Positions 7,816 to 18,103 are shown, numbered from the stretch's first letter. The stretch: 64,000 nt of DNA from Candidatus Versatilivorator sp. (GCA_965207735.1 OZ242296.1:2336001-2400000), one strand, 5' to 3'. The notes: a model not told the origin generated them from the letters alone. Numbers and translations are program-made.

Positions 7816-9021
7816 TCACGCCCTGGCAGCCCGCGCCACCCTTCTTCTCCGCGCCTGAAAATCATACCAGATGACCAGCAGCTGACTGGCCACTCCGATG
7901 GAGGAATAGGTCCCCACGGCCACCCCGATCACCAGGCAGAAGGCGAAGCCGTTGATCACCTGGCCCCCGAAATAATAGAGCGAGAGCGCCGTGAGAAAGG
8001 TGGAGCCCGAAGTCAGCAGCGTACGACTCAACGTCTGATTGATGCTCCGATTGATGATCGAGGAAATCGATTCTCGACGGCGAAGCCTCAAATTCTCCCT
8101 GATTCTATCAAAGACCACAATGGTATCGTTCATGGAATATCCAACCAGGGTCAACAGGGCTGCGACCACCGGTATGGAAAGCTCGCGGTCGGCAAGGGAA
8201 AAGAACCCCAGGGTAATGATCACGTCGTGGAAGACCGCCACCACGGCCGCGGCCCCGTAGGCGGTGCCCTTGAACCTGAAAGCGATATAGACCAGCATCC
8301 CCAGCAACGCATAGAGGGTGGCGTTGATCGCCTGGCGCTGGAGGTTGCGCCCCACCTTGGGCCCGACGAACTCCGTCTGGAACACCGCGATATCGCCCAG
8401 AAAGGCCTGCTCCTTAACGCTGGCCAGCAGGCGCGGGCTCATCCCTTCCACCGATTCCAGCTCCTGAAAGGAACCGATGATGCCCCCGTTGCGGTCCCGG
8501 TAGTCGGTCACCGCTCGCGCCAGTTCCCCGGGCGTCTTGAATGCCGGGCTCTCATCGGACTCCAGCAGGGAGGTGAGCCCGGCAACGCCGCTCAGGCGGT
8601 CTTCTATCTCATCGGGGGCCGCATTGTTGAGGTCGATCTTGCCCTCGCTCCCGGGAGACGATCCAAAGGCGCTTTGCAGCCCCTCCAGAATGCGTACCCG
8701 CCCGGCATCGGTGTCGGGGCCGACCTCGCCCTCCCGCTGGCCCAGGCCGATGATGACTTCATTCCTTTCCGGGACGTCATAGCGCTGTATGGTGCTGCCG
8801 CTCAATCCCTGCTCGGAGAGAGCCGTCCGAATTCTGCCCAGGTCGGGGGATTCCTTGAACTTGACATAGACCAGGGTGCCGCCGCGAAAATCGATTCCGT
8901 AGCGGGGGCCGCCCTTCAAGTAAAGGGTTGCCAGGCTGGCGGCGATCAGCAGCACGGAGAGGATCAACCACTGCCGTTTCCGGCCGATCCAGTCGATGTT
9001 GACGTCTTTCAGCAACTGCAT
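7816..9021 (-). CDS. secF: Protein translocase subunit SecF with inserted HhH-like periplasmic domain
   Basis: GIDFRGGT, VGPKVG, HDVIIT, GYSMNDTIVVFDRIREN, SINQTLSRT, GTYSS. Confidence 0.95.
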   Translation of the reverse strand: MQLLKDVNIDWIGRKRQWLILSVLLIAASLATLYLKGGPRYGIDFRGGTLVYVKFKESPDLGRIRTALSEQGLSGSTIQRYDVPERNEVIIGLGQREGEVGPDTDAGRVRILEGLQSAFGSSPGSEGKIDLNNAAPDEIEDRLSGVAGLTSLLESDESPAFKTPGELARAVTDYRDRNGGIIGSFQELESVEGMSPRLLASVKEQAFLGDIAVFQTEFVGPKVGRNLQRQAINATLYALLGMLVYIAFRFKGTAYGAAAVVAVFHDVIITLGFFSLADRELSIPVVAALLTLVGYSMNDTIVVFDRIRENLRLRRRESISSIINRSINQTLSRTLLTSGSTFLTALSLYYFGGQVINGFAFCLVIGVAVGTYSSIGVASQLLVIWYDFQARRRRVARAARA

Positions 9022-9161
9022 GAGTTACGTTTTCTCCCGGAGTCCGGGGGCTCGAATATCGTTGCCGTCTCCCCCTTGGACACCGTCCCTCCCCTGAATG
9101 TTCCCAAAAGATGGGACCGGGTCCGAAGCCCGGCCCGGAGCCGCCCGCCGGAATTTCCGGC

Positions 9162-10769
9162 CTAGATGCTCAGGCTTTCCCTGCGCCGGCGGCTCAAGAT
9201 GAACTCGAAGATAAATCGAGAGACGAAGATCGCGGTAAACAGATTGGCCAGCAGCCCCCAGAAGAGGACCACCGCGAAGCCTTTGACCGGCCCGGTTCCG
9301 AACAGAAACAGGAACAGGACTGCGACCACCGTGGTCACGTTGGCGTCCACGATGGTGAGGATGGCTTTGCTGAATCCGGTGCCGACCGATGAGACCACGG
9401 TCTTCCCCGCCCACATTTCTTCCTTGATGCGCTCGAAGATCAGCACATTGGAATCCACGGCCATGCCGATCAACAGCACCACCCCCGCGATTCCGGGCAG
9501 CGTCAGGGTGGCTGAGATATAGACCATGGCCGCCAGCAGAATCACCAGGTTCAGGAGAAGCGCGTTGATGGCGATAAATCCCGAGAGGCGGTAGTAGGTC
9601 ACCATGAACAGGGCCACTCCGACCAATCCGATCAGGGAGGCCATGATTCCCTGCCGAATGGAGTCGACCCCCAGGGAAGCTCCCACGGTGCGCTCCTCCA
9701 TGTAGTCCATGGAGGCCGGCAGGGCGCCCGACCGCAGCACCAAAGCCAGGTCGTTGGCCTCCTGGCTGGTAAAACTCCCTGTGATTTCGCCCGAATCGGT
9801 GATTCTGCCCTGGATGGTGGGAGCCGATTGCACCCGGCCGTCGAGCACGATCGCCAACCGCTTCTGGATGTTCTCGGAAGTGACTCTCCCGAAACGCGTG
9901 GCGCCGTCGTTGGTCAGACTGAAGCCCACCGCGGGCCGGCCGAACTGGTCGTTCTGGGGGCGGGCCATGCGCAGGTCCCGTCCGGTGATGGCCGCCGATC
10001 GGTTGGCGACGTACCAGGCCTGGGTGGGCTCGGAGGCGTCCCGGAACTGAGGAACCCCCTGCAGCAACTCCTTGCCATCGGGGATGACGCCGTTGTACTG
10101 CTCCAGGGCCGCGGCCCGCGAGGGATAGACATCCTGCGGCTCCACGATCTTCAGCTCGAGCAGGGCGGTGGACTTGATGATTTCGCGCACCCGAACCGAG
10201 TCGTCCACCCCGGGAAGCTGGACCAGGATCTGGTACTCGGTAGCGGGACCGTGGTTCTGGATGACCGGCTCGGTGACCCCCAGCTCGTCCACGCGGTTGC
10301 GAATCCTCTGAATCGCTTCCTGCACGGCGCTTTGCCGGATCTGTCCCTCCACCTCCGGCCTCAGGCTCAGCAGGAAGGAATCGGAGGAGCCGGATCGATT
10401 GCTGCGTTGCCAGGCCGGATAGCCCTCGTCGATCACTACCCGCACGTCGACCAGGCGGTCCGGGTCCACCTCCAGAACTTCGATATGGGTGGAGTCCCTG
10501 CGGCGGATTTCGCCAAAGGAGATCTCCTGATCGCGAAAACTCCGCTTGATCCGCTCCACCAACTGGTCGGTCTCGATAGTGAGCGCGTCCCCCGTGTTGA
10601 CCTGCAGAATCAGGTGCATCCCGCCCCGGAGATCGAGACCCAGTCGGATGCGGTCGCGCAGATTCTGCAGCAGGGCATCCCCGCTGGTGGGCAACCCGAT
10701 GATGCCCACTACGCACGCCAGGAGCACGGCCAATATGGTGAAGAACCTCCACCGAAGCTTCCTGGGCAT
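9162..10769 (-). CDS. secD: Protein translocase subunit SecD
   Basis: LGLDLRGGMH, RVDELGVTEP, LRSGALPA, GMAVDSNVLIFERIKEE, GTGPVKGFA. Confidence 0.96.
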   Translation of the reverse strand: MPRKLRWRFFTILAVLLACVVGIIGLPTSGDALLQNLRDRIRLGLDLRGGMHLILQVNTGDALTIETDQLVERIKRSFRDQEISFGEIRRRDSTHIEVLEVDPDRLVDVRVVIDEGYPAWQRSNRSGSSDSFLLSLRPEVEGQIRQSAVQEAIQRIRNRVDELGVTEPVIQNHGPATEYQILVQLPGVDDSVRVREIIKSTALLELKIVEPQDVYPSRAAALEQYNGVIPDGKELLQGVPQFRDASEPTQAWYVANRSAAITGRDLRMARPQNDQFGRPAVGFSLTNDGATRFGRVTSENIQKRLAIVLDGRVQSAPTIQGRITDSGEITGSFTSQEANDLALVLRSGALPASMDYMEERTVGASLGVDSIRQGIMASLIGLVGVALFMVTYYRLSGFIAINALLLNLVILLAAMVYISATLTLPGIAGVVLLIGMAVDSNVLIFERIKEEMWAGKTVVSSVGTGFSKAILTIVDANVTTVVAVLFLFLFGTGPVKGFAVVLFWGLLANLFTAIFVSRFIFEFILSRRRRESLSI

Positions 10770-10812
10770 GATTCCCTGACCCCCGGAAGATTACCGATTG
10801 AGCGACGGACGC

Positions 10813-11115
10813 TCACTCGTCTTCCGACTGTTTGGAGACTATAGCGTTTCTGGAGATTTCAATCTTGACCTGATCGGCGACGCGGAGGTGGACCCGATCT
10901 TCCTTCATGCCGGCGACAATACCATAGATCCCACCTGAAGTGACGACCTTGTCGCCGTTACGCAGGTCCTTGAGCATTTCCTGCAGAGCCTTCTGCCGCT
11001 TCCGCTGGGGGCGAAAGACGATGAAATAGAAGATGAGGAAAATGGCGGCGATGGGCAACAGGGCCCCAATAGTGCTCCCTTGCCCATTGGCGGCCAGAAG
11101 AGCCAAAGTTGACAT
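10813..11115 (-). CDS. yajC: Preprotein translocase subunit YajC
   Basis: FYFIVFRPQRKRQK, GDKVVTSGGIYG; synteny tgt-yajC-secD-secF. Confidence 0.95.
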   Translation of the reverse strand: MSTLALLAANGQGSTIGALLPIAAIFLIFYFIVFRPQRKRQKALQEMLKDLRNGDKVVTSGGIYGIVAGMKEDRVHLRVADQVKIEISRNAIVSKQSEDE

Positions 11116-11289
11116 GGATGCGACTCCAAAGGTTTCAGGGGAATTGCCGACTCGAGAAGGGTGAGGTCAGTAGTGAATCCCGCCGGGCAGCCCGCGGTCG
11201 CAGGATCCCCGAACGGCTCCGTTCAGAGGCGTTCTCCAGAGGGCGCCGACCAGCTTGGAAGCACCGGGTTCATTCCTGGAACCGGCCCG

Positions 11290-12417
11290 TCAACCGGCAT
11301 CTCCCCGATCGGCACGTTCCAGCAGGTACTCCCGCAGTCTGAAGGACGCGATAGCATCCCTGATCTCCCTCATGGTGTCAAGATAAAAGTAGAGGTTGTG
11401 ATGGGTGTTGAGCACGGCCGAGAGCACTTCGTTGGACTGGTACAGGTGCCTGAGATAGGCTCGACTGTAGCGCCTGCACACCATGCATCCACACCCCTCG
11501 TCGATGGGCCTTTCGTCGTCCGCGTAGCGGGCGTGCTTGATCACCAGGTGGCCGCCCCGGGTGAACAGCCAGCCGTTGCGGCCGTTGCGGGTGGGCAGCA
11601 CGCAGTCGAACATGTCCACCCCCAGTGCCACGCACTCCACCAGATCCCGCGGAGTGCCCACTCCCATGAGATAACGCGGCCTGGCCTCGGGCAAGTCTTC
11701 CGTGCATTGCTCCACCATTTCCAGCATGGCGCCGCGGGGCTCTCCCACCGACAGACCGCCCAGGGCGAACCCGGGAAAGTCCATCTCGACCAGCCTCCGG
11801 TTGCACTCTCGGCGCAACTCCAGGTGAGTTCCTCCCTGGCCGATCCCGAACAACCACTGGCCGTGGGGAAGAGAGTCCTGCCGGGGGCGGTCCGCCGCCG
11901 CCCTGGACCGCAGCGCCCAGCGCAGGGTGCGCTCCATCGATTCCCGGGCCGCTTTCGCCTCCAGCGGATAGGAGGGGCATTCGTCAAAAGCCATCATGAT
12001 GTCGGCTCCCAGAACCCTCTGGATCTCGACCGACTTCTCGGGGGAGAGGAAATGAGCCGAGCCGTCCAGATGGGAGCGAAAGGAAACCCCCTCTTCCTCG
12101 ATAGTGCGCAGGCGGCTCTGGCTGAAGACCTGGAACCCGCCGCTGTCGGTCAACAGCGGCCGGTTCCAGGACATGAAGCGGTGAAGGCCCCCCAGGCGTC
12201 CGATCAGCTCGTGGCCGGGCCGCAGGTAGAGATGATAGGTGTTCCCCAGAATCACCTCGGCGCCCAGCTCTTCCAACTGGTCCTGAGTGATGGCCTTGAC
12301 GGTGCCGGCGGTGCCCACCGGCATGAAGACCGGCGTGAGGATCTCACCGTGGTCGGTAACGATCTTGCCCAGTCGCGCCCGAGTGGTCGAGTCCCGGGCA
12401 AGCAGCTTGAATTCCAT
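11290..12417 (-). CDS. tgt: Queuine tRNA-ribosyltransferase (bacterial TGT)
   Basis: TPVFMPVGT, LGNTYHLYLRPG, TDSGGFQVFS, DMFDCVLPTRNGRNG, Zn motif CGCMVC. Confidence 0.97.
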   Translation of the reverse strand: MEFKLLARDSTTRARLGKIVTDHGEILTPVFMPVGTAGTVKAITQDQLEELGAEVILGNTYHLYLRPGHELIGRLGGLHRFMSWNRPLLTDSGGFQVFSQSRLRTIEEEGVSFRSHLDGSAHFLSPEKSVEIQRVLGADIMMAFDECPSYPLEAKAARESMERTLRWALRSRAAADRPRQDSLPHGQWLFGIGQGGTHLELRRECNRRLVEMDFPGFALGGLSVGEPRGAMLEMVEQCTEDLPEARPRYLMGVGTPRDLVECVALGVDMFDCVLPTRNGRNGWLFTRGGHLVIKHARYADDERPIDEGCGCMVCRRYSRAYLRHLYQSNEVLSAVLNTHHNLYFYLDTMREIRDAIASFRLREYLLERADRGDAG

Positions 12418-12424
12418 GGCCTGA

Positions 12425-14017
12425 CTAGATCTGCGGGTTCTCCTGGTGTTCTCCGAAGATGGCTCTCAATCGGTCGGAAATCTCCCCCAGGGTGACCTGG
12501 CGCTCCACTGCCCGGATCATGACCGGGAGGAGGTTCTCCCCGCTTGCGGCCGCTGCGGCGATGGAGTCCAGGGCACGGTCGGCAGCCTTGGAATCCCGCG
12601 AATCCCGCACCCTCGCCAGCCGCTCCTTTTGTTCCCTTTCTATGCCGGGGTCGATGCGATGGATCTCGATCCCGGGGCGGTCTTCCGAAACGAAGCGGTT
12701 GACCCCCACGATGGTGTGTTCACCGGTTTCCACCGAACGCTGGTAGCGGTAGGAAGACTCCTGAATCTCGCGCTGGACGAATCCCTGGGAGATAGCCTCC
12801 AGCATGCCGCCCATGGCCTCGATCCGAGCCAGGTACTCCCGGGCCCCTTTCTCCAGGGCGGTAGTGAGAGCCTCCACCGCAAAGGAACCCGCCAGCGGAT
12901 CGGCCACCTCGGCCACTCCGCTCTCGTAGGCAATCACCTGCTGGGTCTGCAGCGCCAGCCCCGCGGCCTCCTCGGTGGGCAGCGACAGGGCTTCGTCCCG
13001 AGAGTTGGTGTGGAGCGACTGGGTCCCTCCCAACACGGCGGCCAGAGCCTGCAGGGAAACCCGGACCGTGTTCACCTCCGGCTGTTGAGCCGTCAGAGTA
13101 CTTCCCGCCGTCTGTGCATGGAAGCGCAGCATCCAGGACCTGGGATTACGGGCTCCGAAACGCTCCTTCATGATTTTGGACCACAAGCGCCGGGCCGCCC
13201 GGAACTTGGCCACTTCCTCCAGGAAGTGGTTGTGGACGTTGAAGAAAAAGGAAATCCTGGGGGCGAAGGCATCGATGGCCAGACCCGACTCGAGACAGGC
13301 CTCCACGTAGGCGATGGCGTTGCCCAGAGTGAATGCCAGCTCCTGGACGGCCGAAGACCCGGCCTCGCGGATGTGGTAGCCACTCACCGAGATCGGATTC
13401 CATTGCGGAAGGTTCCGGCTGCAGTAGCCGATGAGGTCGGTAACCAGTCGCATGGAAGCCGCGGGAGGATAGATGTAGGTTCCCCGAGCGATGTACTCCT
13501 TCAGAATGTCGTTTTGAATCGTCCCCGAGAGCCGCTCCGGCGGGACCTGGCGGCTTCGCGCCAGGGCGACCAGCAGGGCCAGCAGCACGGCGGCGGTGGC
13601 ATTGATGGTCATCGAGACCGAGACCCGGTCGAGCGGAATCCCCTGGAAAAGCTCCTCCATGTCGCGCAGACTGTCGATGGCCACGCCCGTGCGCCCGACC
13701 TCGCCGGCCGCCATGGCGGCATCGGAGTCCATACCCATCTGGGTGGGCAGATCGAAAGCCACCGAGAGTCCGGTCTGGCCCAGCCCCAAAAGGTACTTGT
13801 AACGGGCGTTGGACTCCCGGGCCGACCCGAAGCCGGCGTACTGCCTCATGGTCCAAAGGCGGTCCCGGTACATGCCGGGCCTGACCCCTCGGGTGAAGGG
13901 GTAGCTTCCCGGATCCCCCAGGTCCCGCCGGTAGTCGAAATCTGCGACGTGCCGGGGACCGAAGACGGAATCGAGCGGGATTCCGGAGGTCGTCTCGAAT
14001 TTGCGGTTGGCTGACAT
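12425..14017 (-). CDS. Methylmalonyl-CoA mutase, substrate-binding (large) subunit lacking the B12-binding domain
   Basis: [10 protein letters not shown] (Tyr specificity residue), [39 protein letters not shown]. Confidence 0.92.
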   Translation of the reverse strand: MSANRKFETTSGIPLDSVFGPRHVADFDYRRDLGDPGSYPFTRGVRPGMYRDRLWTMRQYAGFGSARESNARYKYLLGLGQTGLSVAFDLPTQMGMDSDAAMAAGEVGRTGVAIDSLRDMEELFQGIPLDRVSVSMTINATAAVLLALLVALARSRQVPPERLSGTIQNDILKEYIARGTYIYPPAASMRLVTDLIGYCSRNLPQWNPISVSGYHIREAGSSAVQELAFTLGNAIAYVEACLESGLAIDAFAPRISFFFNVHNHFLEEVAKFRAARRLWSKIMKERFGARNPRSWMLRFHAQTAGSTLTAQQPEVNTVRVSLQALAAVLGGTQSLHTNSRDEALSLPTEEAAGLALQTQQVIAYESGVAEVADPLAGSFAVEALTTALEKGAREYLARIEAMGGMLEAISQGFVQREIQESSYRYQRSVETGEHTIVGVNRFVSEDRPGIEIHRIDPGIEREQKERLARVRDSRDSKAADRALDSIAAAAASGENLLPVMIRAVERQVTLGEISDRLRAIFGEHQENPQI

Positions 14018-14087
14018 CAGGCTGACTGACCCGGCCTGGAAGGGAGTCGGCCGGCAAGAGCCGGGGAGAGGAGAGCCGGACCGGGCC

Positions 14088-14348
14088 TCACTTCATCGAC
14101 CGGACCCGAATAAAGGAATGCACGGCAAAACCCAGCATAAGCAGGCCGAACAGGGCGAAGGAGCCCATCATGAAGTAGTCCTTGAACTCGAATACCTCTC
14201 TCTCCGAGATAAACTGGTATCCCCTCAGCAGCAGGAATCCTCCGAAAACGGCGAACAGAAATCCGGTCACCTCCAGGAAGAGCTTGTGAACGCTCCTGCC
14301 GACCTCCCCAAAGGACGATTTCACCCGTTCCAGCCAACTCCCGGCCAT
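14088..14348 (-). CDS. Small two-TM membrane protein, hypothetical
   Basis: Two hydrophobic segments; co-oriented upstream of the mutase. Confidence 0.65.
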   Translation of the reverse strand: MAGSWLERVKSSFGEVGRSVHKLFLEVTGFLFAVFGGFLLLRGYQFISEREVFEFKDYFMMGSFALFGLLMLGFAVHSFIRVRSMK

Positions 14349-14430
14349 GCCGTTTTCTCCAGTTCAAACCGGGGTTCATCATAGCACAGGGCAGGAGAGG
14401 GGATTTGGGCGGCTCAGGGACGGCCGGGGT

Positions 14431-14527
14431 TGAATTTTGGATTGCAGATTTTGGATTTTGGATTTGAGGCAACATCGGTCGTCGATCCTCTCAAATCCGC
14501 AATCAACAATCAGCAATCAACAATTCC
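14431..14527. repeat. Heptamer-armed inverted-repeat element (GATTTTG/CAACAAT type)
   Basis: Left arm of GGATTTT/GCAGATT heptamers, right arm of CAACAAT/CAGCAAT heptamers; homologous to 49084-49195 and 53090-53235. Confidence 0.8.
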
Positions 14528-14591
14528 TTCCTGGTTGATCTTCCTGTCCGAGGGTCGCCCAAACCACCACCCCAGGGCCCGAGGCAGTTCC

Positions 14592-14621
14592 TTGACACCC
14601 CAGGACGCTTGGAAGTAACAT
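14592..14621 (+). promoter_or_regulatory. Putative sigma70 promoter
   Basis: TTGACA (14592-14597), 18 bp spacer, TAACAT (14616-14621), about 100 bp upstream of the ATG at 14722. Confidence 0.5.
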
Positions 14622-14721
14622 CGCTCAAGGGTAGGGATTCCGGAAGAGCCCCGAAGCAGACACTGTGATCAGCGGCCGGGAAGCAGGCAAAGGGCCGGTC
14701 AGGTGGGGACTGGTGGAGCCA

Positions 14722-15012
14722 ATGGACGAGCAGTTGAAGCGCATGATGAAGGAGTTGGGAGAAGCTATCAACGAAACCCTCTCGAGCTCGGAATCGATCA
14801 GCGGGGCCATCACTACCATCCGGAACTCCGGCTATGACGTCTTCCTGGTGCTGGAGGCCACCATCGGCTTCAACAAGAGGAGCGAAGAAGAACCCGAGGA
14901 GCCGGTCCTCATCGAAAGCGACGAGGTCGAAGCCAAGCTCAAAATCACCTCCCAGGACGTCAAGTTCCTGAAATCACTCAAGATCAGCGTCGAGGAATCG
15001 GAATCCCAGTAG
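14722..15012 (+). CDS. Small acidic hypothetical protein
   Basis: GGAG RBS, typical codon usage; GYDVFLVLEATIG and C-terminal D..FLKSLKI. Confidence 0.8.
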   Translation: MDEQLKRMMKELGEAINETLSSSESISGAITTIRNSGYDVFLVLEATIGFNKRSEEEPEEPVLIESDEVEAKLKITSQDVKFLKSLKISVEESESQ

Positions 15013-15076
15013 GGCCCAGGGCTCCCCGCGCCGCGGAACCTCAATTCCGCCGGCTCGGAACAGGCGGAGGCCTCCC

Positions 15077-15880
15077 ATGCGGATCAAGCAATCGGTCTGC
15101 TTCCCGATGGTCAAGCCGCCCAGCCTCACCCTGGATGCCCTGTGCCAAGCCGCGGCCGGGATCGGCTACCCGGCGGTGGAGTTGTGGTACCGCGACGAGG
15201 ATTTCGAAGAAACGGTGGAGACCGCTCGCCGCCACCACCTGGAGGTGGCCTCGATGTCGGGTCACCGGAGCCTGACGGACGGCCTCAACCACCCCGACAA
15301 CCACGATCAGATCGAGCAGGAGCTGAGGGACTCCATCCGGCTGGCGGCAAAGCATCGGATTCCCGGACTGATCTGCTTTTCCGGGAACCGCCATCCCGGC
15401 GGCAGCGACTTTGAAGGCCTGGTCGCCTGCGCCCGGGGCTTGAAACGAGTGGCGCCCTACGCCGAAGAAAAAGGGGTCAATCTGAACCTGGAGCTGTTGA
15501 ATTCCAAGATCGATCACCCAGGCTATCAGTGCGACCGTCCGGACTGGGGAATCGCGGTCTGCGAAATGGTCGCCAGCCCCCGGGTGAAGTTGCTTTTCGA
15601 CATCTACCACATGCAGATCATGCAGGGCGACGTGATCCGAACCCTGCGCCAAACGATCGGTTACGTCGGCCACATCCACACCGCCGGAAATCCGGGACGG
15701 AACGAAATCGACCACACCCAGGAACTCAACTACGGCGCGATCTGCCGAGCGATTGCGGCAACCGCCTACGACGGATACGTGGGTCACGAATTCCTTCCCC
15801 TCGGCGATCCCCTGGAAGCCCTCCGCCAGGCCTTCCGGACCTGTGACCAGGGGCAGTCCCCCAGAGGCGGACCGGCCTGA
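15077..15880 (+). CDS. Hydroxypyruvate isomerase (Hyi)-family TIM-barrel protein
   Basis: ICFSGNR, LELLNSKIDHPGY, LLFDIYHMQIMQGDVI, HIHTAGNPGRNE, GYVGHEF. Confidence 0.88.
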   Translation: MRIKQSVCFPMVKPPSLTLDALCQAAAGIGYPAVELWYRDEDFEETVETARRHHLEVASMSGHRSLTDGLNHPDNHDQIEQELRDSIRLAAKHRIPGLICFSGNRHPGGSDFEGLVACARGLKRVAPYAEEKGVNLNLELLNSKIDHPGYQCDRPDWGIAVCEMVASPRVKLLFDIYHMQIMQGDVIRTLRQTIGYVGHIHTAGNPGRNEIDHTQELNYGAICRAIAATAYDGYVGHEFLPLGDPLEALRQAFRTCDQGQSPRGGPA

Positions 15881-15888
15881 AACCAGAT

Positions 15889-16959
15889 ATGTCGCGCCTG
15901 CTCCAGGTCATTGCTATTGCCGCCAGCCTGCTGCTGCCAGCCTGTTCCCCGGCAGGGAACGGCAGGGTCTCCCTGGTCGTCTACTCCCCCCACGGCAAGG
16001 AATTGCTGTCCGACCACGAGCAACGATTCGAGGCCCGGTACCCTCAGGTGGACGTGAAGTGGCTCGACATGGGAAGCCAGGACGTGCTGGACCGGCTGCG
16101 CTCGGAGAAAAACAATCCGCAGGCGGACATCTGGTGGGGAGCGCCTTCCGATCTCTTTGAACAGGCCGGAGAGGAAGCGCTGCTGCTGCCCTACCGGCCC
16201 ACCTGGGCCGCAGCCGTTCCTCCCGAGGCCCGAGGCTCGGAGGACTTCTGGTACGGAACCTACAAGACCCCCGAAGTCATTGCCTATAACAGCGCCCTGC
16301 TGAAGGAGGACGAAGCCCCCGCCGACTGGGACGACCTGCTGGACCCCAAGTGGAAGGGAAAGATCATCCTCAGGGATCCCCTGGCGTCCGGAACCATGCG
16401 GACCATCTTCTGCGCCATGATCCTGAGGGAACTGGAAAAAACCGGTTCTCCGGAGCGCGGCTACCGCTGGCTGCTGGGGTTGGACGCCAACACCAAGGAC
16501 TATGTCCCCAACCTGACCATCCTGAGCCAGAAGCTCGCCCGCAGGGAGGGCTGGATCACTCTCTGGAACATGCCCGACATCGAGCTGCAGCAGTCCCGTT
16601 ACGGCTACCCGCTGGCCTATGTCCTGCCCGCCAGCGGCGTACCCGTGGTCATGGACGGCATCGCCCTGGTAGCCAGGTCCGAGCCGCGGCCGGCAGCGCG
16701 GGACTTTTACGAGTTCGTCACCTCCAAGCCGAGCCTGATCCAGGCCGCCCGCGAGTATTTCCGCATCCCCTGCCGCAACGATATCCCATCATCCGAGCTG
16801 CCCTCCTGGATCGGTCAGACCCTCATCCCGCCCATGCCCCTCGACAGGGACCTCCTGCGGAAGCATTCACGGGAGTGGATGCGCTACTGGGACGAGCACA
16901 TTCGACACCAGGGTGACGGCGCACCGGGGGTGGCCCCGGCCGGGGACTTCGGCCGCTAA
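15889..16959 (+). CDS. ABC transporter substrate-binding lipoprotein (Fe3+/AfuA-like family)
   Basis: Lipobox LPAC; LRSEKNNPQADIWWG, P.DWDDLLDPKWKGKI...DP..SGT. Confidence 0.85.
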   Translation: MSRLLQVIAIAASLLLPACSPAGNGRVSLVVYSPHGKELLSDHEQRFEARYPQVDVKWLDMGSQDVLDRLRSEKNNPQADIWWGAPSDLFEQAGEEALLLPYRPTWAAAVPPEARGSEDFWYGTYKTPEVIAYNSALLKEDEAPADWDDLLDPKWKGKIILRDPLASGTMRTIFCAMILRELEKTGSPERGYRWLLGLDANTKDYVPNLTILSQKLARREGWITLWNMPDIELQQSRYGYPLAYVLPASGVPVVMDGIALVARSEPRPAARDFYEFVTSKPSLIQAAREYFRIPCRNDIPSSELPSWIGQTLIPPMPLDRDLLRKHSREWMRYWDEHIRHQGDGAPGVAPAGDFGR

Positions 16960-16993
16960 GGCAGGAAGGGGTCGGGAACCAGGAACCCCATCG

Positions 16994-18073
16994 ATGGCAC
17001 ATCTGGAACTGCAGGAATTGACCCAGCGCTTCGAGGGGCTCACCGCGCTCGACCGGCTCAGCCTGGAGGTCGCCCCCGGGGAGATCCTGACCCTGCTGGG
17101 ACCCAGCGGATGCGGCAAGACCACCACCATCCGCCTCATTGCGGGATTCCTGAAGCCCACCGCCGGCAAGATTCTGGTCAATGGCCGGGATATCGGTCCC
17201 ATCCCCCCGGAGCGGCGCAACATGGGGATGGTTTTTCAGTCCTACGCCCTCTTCCCCCACCTCAACGTCTTCGAGAACGTCGCCTTCGGACTCCGGGCGC
17301 GGGGCATTGCAGGCAAGACCGCAAGAGACAAGGTGGAACGGGCCCTCGAGCTGGTTGAACTGTCCCGGCATCGAAAGCGTCCGGTCTTCGAGCTCAGCGG
17401 CGGCGAGCAGCAGCGGGTGGCCGTGGCCCGCGCCGTGGCCATCGAGCCGCAGATCCTGCTTCTGGACGAACCGCTGAGCAACCTGGACGCCAGTCTTCGA
17501 GAGCAGACCCGGGCTCAACTCGGCCAACTCATCCGCAGCCTGGGCATCACGGCCATCTTCGTCACCCACGACCAGGAAGAAGCCTTCGCTCTCTCCGACC
17601 GCATAGCCCTTCTGTGGAAAGGGGCGCTGCAACAGGTGGGCACCTCCGACCAGCTCTATTTCCAACCGGCCAACGCGAGGGTGGCCCGTTTTGTCGGCAA
17701 ATCCAACCTGTGGGACTTGACCTTCAAAGGATACCGGGAGAACCGAGTCATCTTTTCCCTGCCTTCGGGAGACGAACTGCGGCTTCCCCGCTCCGCAACG
17801 GACGGGAAGCTGAGCCAGGGCGCTCAGGTTCGCATGCTGCTGCGGCCGGAAAACGTGATTTTCGCTCCAACCGAGGACTCCCTGGCACTGGGACCGGCTC
17901 GAGTCCTCTCCCGACGCTTCGCCGGAGCCAGCACCGAATACCTGCTGGAGGGAGCCGGGCTGCGGGTGCTGGCCAGCCGCACAAACTCACCCGCGGCCGC
18001 GGCATACCAGGTGGGGGATGAGATCGAGCTGCACTGTTCTTCCCGAGCGGTCTACTTCCTGCCGGGTGAGTGA
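16994..18073 (+). CDS. ABC transporter ATP-binding protein (PotA/FbpC family, C-terminal TOBE)
   Basis: Walker A GPSGCGKT, LSGGEQQR, LLLDEPLSNLD, VTHDQEEA. Confidence 0.93.
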   Translation: MAHLELQELTQRFEGLTALDRLSLEVAPGEILTLLGPSGCGKTTTIRLIAGFLKPTAGKILVNGRDIGPIPPERRNMGMVFQSYALFPHLNVFENVAFGLRARGIAGKTARDKVERALELVELSRHRKRPVFELSGGEQQRVAVARAVAIEPQILLLDEPLSNLDASLREQTRAQLGQLIRSLGITAIFVTHDQEEAFALSDRIALLWKGALQQVGTSDQLYFQPANARVARFVGKSNLWDLTFKGYRENRVIFSLPSGDELRLPRSATDGKLSQGAQVRMLLRPENVIFAPTEDSLALGPARVLSRRFAGASTEYLLEGAGLRVLASRTNSPAAAAYQVGDEIELHCSSRAVYFLPGE

Positions 18074-18103
18074 GGAATGATGAATGAGAAGTGGAGAGTG
18101 GAG
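18072..18103. repeat. Heptamer arm (ATGAATG/GGAGAGT) starting at the stop codon of the ABC ATPase
   Basis: TGAGGAATGATGAATGAGAAGTGGAGAGTGGAG, the same units as at 34141 and 38540. Confidence 0.7.

Noticed and set aside
14622-14721. Riboswitch in the leader
   Set aside because: No recognisable aptamer consensus. An Rfam scan would be needed.
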